Shown here: positions 59,547 through 64,000 of the stretch, one piece after another
How positions within the stretch are numbered: the stretch's first letter is position 1
Layout of the letters: every line of letters begins with the position of its first letter
From: Myxococcota bacterium
Lineage (GTDB): Bacteria > Myxococcota_A > UBA9160 > UBA4427
DNA: 64,000 nucleotides
Assembly: GCA_041389495.1 (NCBI GenBank)
Contig: JAWKRT010000004.1
Coordinates: 165,262-229,261, forward strand
Reading direction: 5' to 3'
Position numbers and translations under genes: made by a program
The notes under the pieces: generated by a model
What the model saw: the letters and a program-made list of their open reading frames with translations, nothing else
The model's database searches: none
What the model was told of the DNA's origin: nothing

Positions 59547-61091
59547 ATGAAGAAGCTCGGCGGGCTGTGCGCGGCCCTCGCCGTCGCGCTCCTGGCGGCC
59601 GACGGGGCGAGTGCCCGGACGCTCTGCGTCAGCAAGAACAACAAGAACTGCTTCCGCACGATCCAGGAGGGGATCCACTTCGCGCAGTTCGGCGACACGG
59701 TGCGCATCGAGCCCGGTGTCTACACCGACACGATGCAGATCCCGCCGCTCAAGCAGGGCCTCCGCATCGTCGGCACGAAGGCGGTCGTGGTCGACGCGAT
59801 CTTCGACGGCTGTCTGCAGGACCAGCCGAACGACCAGCACGATCCCAACCCGAACGCGAACTCGTGCAAGGTCAACAACCTCGACATCAACAAGCCGCAG
59901 TTCCCGGCGGCCGTCGTGCTCAACGGCGCGCCCGGCATCCACATCTACGCGCACGACGTGCAGATCCGCGGCATCACGATCCGCGGCGGCGTGAGCCACG
60001 GGATCCTGGTGCAGAACGGCCGCCAGCGCGTGCGCATCATCGACGTCGCGATCGAGGGGCCGGCGGCGACCGGCATCCTGTGCGGCGGCACGTGCGACGA
60101 CCTCGTGATCTCGGACGTGACGATCACGGGCGCGCAGACGGGCGTCTCGGTAAGCGGGCCGCGCGTCGTGGTCGACCGCGTGCTCGTCGACGGCACGACG
60201 ACCGGCGCGGGCGTCGTCGTGAACGGAGTCGACGCGTTCGTCGACCGCCCCGAGGTGCTCGGCGTCGCGGGCGCGGGCGTGCAGGTGACGGGCGATCGCG
60301 CGAGCGTGATCCGCGCGGACGTCGACGGCGCGACGGGGCTCGGCGTGAACGTCACCGGCAACCAGGCCTGGGTCGCGGGCAATCGCACTGCGAACACCGT
60401 CGGCGGCGTGCGGGTCACGGGCGACGCGCCGATCGTCGAGAAGAACCGCGTGTCGAGCTCGACCGGGTCGGCGGCCGGGATCCGCGTCGTGTGCGCGACG
60501 TGCGCGAGCGGGAGCGTCGGCCGCAACCGCGTCGAGGACGTGACGGGAACCGGGAACGGCATCGAGCTCGTCGCCTCGGCGGCCGGGCTCGTCGCCGAGC
60601 GCAACCGCGTCGACCGCGTGGCGGGTGCGGGCGTCGACCTCACCGGCAGCACGGGCGCGGTGGTCGCGCGCAACGCGGTGCGCGACGCCGGGACGACGAC
60701 GGAGCCGTGCTTCCGCGTGGCGGCCGCGTCGTCGCTCGTCGAGCGCAACAAGGTGCAGCGGTGCGCCGGCGAGGGCTTCATCGTCACCGGCGCGGGCAAC
60801 GTGCTCGCGCGCAACGCGGCGAAGGACGCGGGCACCGACGGCTTCGAGGTCGGCCCGGCGGCGTCGGGCACGACGCTCGAGCGCAACACCGCACAGTCGA
60901 GCCAGCTGTACGGGTTCGAGGTCGCCGACGGCGGGACGCCGGCGACCACGACGACGCTCGACCGCAACCGCGGCACGCGCAGCGCGCTCTTCGATCTCTG
61001 CGACGAGGGCGTCGCGACGACGCTCTCGAACAACCGGTTCGGGTCCGAGGCGCCCGTCGTGCAGGACGGCGTGCGCGACTGCGTGCAGTGA
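59547..61091 (+). CDS. Secreted right-handed parallel beta-helix (PbH1/CASH, NosD/AlgG-like) protein
   Basis: Signal peptide MKKLGGLCAALAVALLAADGASA. At least 10 repeats of about 22 aa with the x-R-N-x-V/A pattern (EKNRV, GRNRV, ERNRV, ARNAV, ERNKV, ARNAA, ERNTA, DRNRG, SNNRF). Confidence 0.8.
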   Translation: MKKLGGLCAALAVALLAADGASARTLCVSKNNKNCFRTIQEGIHFAQFGDTVRIEPGVYTDTMQIPPLKQGLRIVGTKAVVVDAIFDGCLQDQPNDQHDPNPNANSCKVNNLDINKPQFPAAVVLNGAPGIHIYAHDVQIRGITIRGGVSHGILVQNGRQRVRIIDVAIEGPAATGILCGGTCDDLVISDVTITGAQTGVSVSGPRVVVDRVLVDGTTTGAGVVVNGVDAFVDRPEVLGVAGAGVQVTGDRASVIRADVDGATGLGVNVTGNQAWVAGNRTANTVGGVRVTGDAPIVEKNRVSSSTGSAAGIRVVCATCASGSVGRNRVEDVTGTGNGIELVASAAGLVAERNRVDRVAGAGVDLTGSTGAVVARNAVRDAGTTTEPCFRVAAASSLVERNKVQRCAGEGFIVTGAGNVLARNAAKDAGTDGFEVGPAASGTTLERNTAQSSQLYGFEVADGGTPATTTTLDRNRGTRSALFDLCDEGVATTLSNNRFGSEAPVVQDGVRDCVQ

Positions 61092-61690
61092 CGCTGCGCG
61101 ACACCGTCGGGGGCCTCGCCGCCGTCGCCCTGATCGCGGGGCTCTGCGCGGCCGGCTGCTACGGCAAGGAGGGCGCGGTCGAGCCGGAGACCGCTCCCCC
61201 CGCGCCGTCGCCCTCGGTCGTCGATTCCGCCGCCGAGCCTGTCGCACCGCGGGTCGACGAGCCGGCCGCCGACGACGGTGCGCGCGACCTCAGCGCCGAG
61301 CGCTTCGCGCGCGTCGGTGCGCTCCTCGACGAGGACCTGAGCGAGCTCGCCTCGCCCGACCCCGACACGCGCGCCGACGCCGTCGACCTGCTCGACGTCG
61401 ACGAGCCCGAGGTGCTCGCGATCCTCGAGGACTTCGCGCTCGGCGACGCCGACCCGCGCGTGCGGGTGCGGGCGGTCGAGCAGCTCGGGTTCTCGGAGGC
61501 CGGGCGCGCGCAGACGGCGCTCCGCCGCGCGCTCGACGACGCCTCGCCCGACGTCGTGGCGGCGGCGGCCGTCGAGCTCGGGGCGCGCGGCGACCCGGCC
61601 GACATCCGCTATCTCGAGCCGCTCCGCGAGCACCCCTCGCCGACCGTGCGCGAGGAGGCCGGCTTCGCCATCGAGTTGCTGACCGAGTAG
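61088..61690 (+). CDS. Lipoprotein with HEAT-like repeats
   Basis: The GTG overlaps the upstream stop (GTGA). Lipobox LIAGLCAAGC. C-terminal repeats DPDTRADAVDLL / DADPRVRVRAVEQL / DASPDVVAAAAVEL / HPSPTVREEAGFAI. Confidence 0.7.
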   Translation: MTLRDTVGGLAAVALIAGLCAAGCYGKEGAVEPETAPPAPSPSVVDSAAEPVAPRVDEPAADDGARDLSAERFARVGALLDEDLSELASPDPDTRADAVDLLDVDEPEVLAILEDFALGDADPRVRVRAVEQLGFSEAGRAQTALRRALDDASPDVVAAAAVELGARGDPADIRYLEPLREHPSPTVREEAGFAIELLTE

Positions 61691-61772
61691 CGCGCGCGCT
61701 TCGAGTACCCTGCGCGCGGGCCTGCGCTCCGCCTCGCGCGCGCGGGCCCGGCGCTGTGGGGGGCGCGACGGC

Positions 61773-63197
61773 TTGCTCTTCAACTCGATCGACTTCGCGA
61801 TCTTCTTTCCGCTCGTCTACCTCGCCTACTGGCAGCTCGGCCGGCGCGCGCAGAACGTGCTGCTGCTCGTCGCGAGCTACGTGTTCTACGGCTGGTGGGA
61901 CTGGCGCTTCCTCGGCCTGATCGCGTTCTCGAGCGCACTCGACTACGGAGTCGGCCTCGCGCTCGCCGACGCGGAGAGCCCGCGCCGGCGCCGCGCGCTG
62001 CTCGCGGTGAGCCTGCTCGCGAACCTCGGCCTGCTCGGCTTCTTCAAGTACTGCAACTTCTTCATCGACACGGCGGCCGACGCGCTGCGGCTGCTCGGCT
62101 ACGAGCCGTCCATGCACGCGCTCGCGATCGTCCTGCCCGTCGGCATCAGCTTCTACACGTTCCAGACGCTGAGCTACACGATCGATCTCTACCGGCGCCA
62201 GATCCCCGTGGAGCGCGACGCGATCGCGTTCTTCTCGTTCGTCGCGTTCTTCCCGCAGCTCGTGGCCGGGCCGATCGAGCGCGCGCACCACCTGCTCGGG
62301 CAGTTCTCGCGCGACCGCCACTTCGATCGGGAGGCCGCGGCGCTCGCCTGCGGGCAGATCGCGTGGGGCCTGTGCAAGAAGGTGGTCGTGGCGGACACGC
62401 TGTCGGGCTACGTCGACGCGGCGTACGGGAACCCGGCGGCCGACGGCACCGCGCTCGCGCTCGCGACGCTCTACTTCGCGTTCCAGATCTACTGCGACTT
62501 CTCGGGCTACTCCGACATCGCGATCGGCTGCGCGCGCCTCTTCGGCTTCGATCTGATGCGCAACTTCGCGTTTCCGTACTTCTCGCGCGACGTCGGCGAG
62601 TTCTGGCGCCGCTGGCACATCTCGCTCTCGACCTGGTTCCGCGACTACGTGTTCATCCCACTCGGCGGGAGCCGCGTCGGGCCGTGGAAGCTGCTCCGCA
62701 ACGCGCTCGCGACGTTCGTGCTGAGCGGCTTCTGGCACGGCGCCAACCTCACGTTCGTCGCGTGGGGCTTCCTGCACGCCGTGCTCTACGCGGTGTCGCA
62801 CCGCTTCGTGCCGAAGCGCCGCGGCACCGACGTTCCGGGCGGCGAGGGCGCTCTCCCGGGAGCGCGCGCGCTCGTCGAGATGGGCGTGACCTTCGTCGTC
62901 GTGTGCTTCGCCTGGATCTTCTTCCGCGCCGACTCGCTCGCGCACGCCTTCCGCGTGATCGGCACCATCGCGACCGACACCGACCTGGCCGGGTTCTTCC
63001 TCGTCGGCGACGCGAAGCCGCGCGCGCTGATCGGCGCGCTCGTCGCGATCGAGTGGTGGCACCGGGACTGTGCCCATCCGTTCGAAGCGCTGCGCGGGCA
63101 CCCGTTCGCGGAGCGCGCGCTCGCGTACGCACTCGTCGCGGCGCTCGTCCTGCTGGGAGGTACGGCGAATGCTCCGTTCGTCTACTTCCAGTTCTGA
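61773..63197 (+). CDS. MBOAT-family membrane O-acyltransferase (AlgI/DltB/PatA-like)
   Basis: MLFNSIDFAIFFPLV N-terminus, FWRRWHISLSTWFRDYVFIPLGGSR with the catalytic His, and FVLSGFWHG. 474 aa. Confidence 0.9.
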   Translation: MLFNSIDFAIFFPLVYLAYWQLGRRAQNVLLLVASYVFYGWWDWRFLGLIAFSSALDYGVGLALADAESPRRRRALLAVSLLANLGLLGFFKYCNFFIDTAADALRLLGYEPSMHALAIVLPVGISFYTFQTLSYTIDLYRRQIPVERDAIAFFSFVAFFPQLVAGPIERAHHLLGQFSRDRHFDREAAALACGQIAWGLCKKVVVADTLSGYVDAAYGNPAADGTALALATLYFAFQIYCDFSGYSDIAIGCARLFGFDLMRNFAFPYFSRDVGEFWRRWHISLSTWFRDYVFIPLGGSRVGPWKLLRNALATFVLSGFWHGANLTFVAWGFLHAVLYAVSHRFVPKRRGTDVPGGEGALPGARALVEMGVTFVVVCFAWIFFRADSLAHAFRVIGTIATDTDLAGFFLVGDAKPRALIGALVAIEWWHRDCAHPFEALRGHPFAERALAYALVAALVLLGGTANAPFVYFQF

Positions 63198-63256
63198 CCG
63201 GACCGGGTCCGAGCCTGACCGGACCGGGTCCGGGCCTGACCGGACCCCGTCCGGGC
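63194..63256 (+). repeat. Three tandem 21-bp repeats (CTGACCGGACCGGGTCCGRGC), each able to form a small hairpin
   Basis: Units at 63194-63214, 63215-63235 and 63236-63256 (the third has 2 substitutions). Unit 1 contains the MBOAT stop codon. Each unit contains CGGAC-cgg-GTCCG. Confidence 0.85.
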
Positions 63257-63291
63257 CGTCGCCGACCTCGGGCGCGGACCGGCGCGAGGCG

Positions 63292-64000
63292 ATGCGCTTC
63301 GCACTGCGGGTCGCGCGCTTCCTGGCGCCGCTCGCGCTCGTGTTCGCGGCATCGCAGCTCGCGCTGTGGAAGGCGGGCGAGGGGCGCGGGCTCGCGTCCG
63401 TGCGGACGACCGAGCGCCGCGCGCTCGCGGAGGGCGAGGACACGCTGTTCGCGCGCGCCCTCGTGGCGGAGCAGATGCGGCGCTACAAGGCGCTCGAGCT
63501 GCGCGCGCGCCGGCCGCGCATCGCCGTCCTCGGCAGCTCGACGAGCATGCAGCTGCGCGACTTCCACTTCGGTCTCGGCGGCGATCGCGCGCACGGCTTC
63601 GCGGACGGCGGCTTCTACAACGCCGGCGGACTCGTGCAGCACACGGGCGACTTCGAGCCCGTCGCGGCGCTGCTCGACGAGATCGGGAGCGTGCGCGTCG
63701 TCGTCCTCGCGCTCGACCCCTGGTGGTTCAACGACGGGTGGGCGCCGAGTCGCTCGATCGAGCCGCTCGCGCGGACGCTCGCGACCTCGGACTTCGACGC
63801 CGACTGGGACGCGCGCATCCGCGCCTATCCCGCGCTCGTCGAGGCGCTGGCGCGGCGCGGCGGCGCCGCGAAGCTGCGCGCGCTCGTCGCGGCGGACGAC
63901 CGCGTCGAGGTCGCGTCGGGCCGCGCGGTGCGCGCGATCGGGCTCGCGGCGCGCGGCGGCGTCGGGTTCCGCGGCTCGGACGGCAGCCGGCGCAATGCGA
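63292..64000 (+). CDS. MBOAT partner protein, AlgJ/DltD/SGNH-like (3' end outside the window)
   Basis: Open frame from the ATG at 63292 to the window edge (I translated it by hand and found no stop). N-terminal TM segment FLAPLALVFAASQLALW. IAVLGSSTSMQL resembles SGNH block I. It is absent from the supplied ORF track because it has no stop in the window. Confidence 0.6.
   Translation, partial: MRFALRVARFLAPLALVFAASQLALWKAGEGRGLASVRTTERRALAEGEDTLFARALVAEQMRRYKALELRARRPRIAVLGSSTSMQLRDFHFGLGGDRAHGFADGGFYNAGGLVQHTGDFEPVAALLDEIGSVRVVVLALDPWWFNDGWAPSRSIEPLARTLATSDFDADWDARIRAYPALVEALARRGGAAKLRALVAADDRVEVASGRAVRAIGLAARGGVGFRGSDGSRRNA

Noticed and set aside
63194-63256. CRISPR array.
   Set aside because: The units are contiguous 21-mers with no spacers, there are only three copies, and there are no cas genes. 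This is a simple tandem repeat.

Overview
Very GC-rich bacterial chromosomal window. A sampled coding line, 15661-15720, has 47/60 G+C. It is densely packed with housekeeping genes, and every gene from 6612 onward lies on the + strand. Only two supported genes are on the minus strand: a sulfotransferase and an acyl-CoA ligase (3871-6526). I found no rRNA, transposase, integrase, CRISPR array or recognisable defence genes.

Gene content, left to right:
- Histidine-kinase 3' end, a secreted hypothetical, and tRNA-Met(CAT).
- A small accessory-looking lipid or glycan-modification locus: HTTM-like membrane protein, acyltransferase-3, sulfotransferase, acyl-CoA ligase, double-hotdog dehydratase.
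- tilS-ftsH-folP-cdaA-cdaR-glmM, a degenerate pdxJ-like gene, nnr, tsaE, aspartokinase, a ComEA-like gene and yihY.
- nifS-like-mnmA-rnc-era.
- MerR-icmF-mcm-meaB, an mglA orthologue, ribBA, and a MoxR/VWA pair.
- A relatively AT-rich, highly structured 530-bp spacer, then miaB.
- A three-gene signalling operon, then guaB-guaA-dnaE.
- tRNA-Val and thrS-infC-rpmI-rplT-pheS-pheT-ihfA-MerR, an ABM protein, and tRNA-Pro.
- A beta-helix / HEAT-lipoprotein / MBOAT / partner module that runs off the right edge.

Lineage (inference only): an MglA orthologue, a PATAN-domain protein and an IF3 with an acidic C-terminal tail suggest a Myxococcota-like (deltaproteobacterial-type) lineage.

Most interesting candidates:
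1. The translationally coupled operon at 38947-42799. It encodes REC-GAF-degenerate GGDEF, then pseudo-REC-PATAN with a degenerate MglA/Ras-like domain, then a stand-alone cNMP-binding protein.
2. The structured spacer 36873-37401, which may encode a minus-strand sRNA.
3. The compact polysaccharide-modification module at 59547-64000.
4. The HTTM/sulfotransferase locus beside tRNA-Met.

All functional calls rest on motif recognition by eye. No database search or folding computation was possible.
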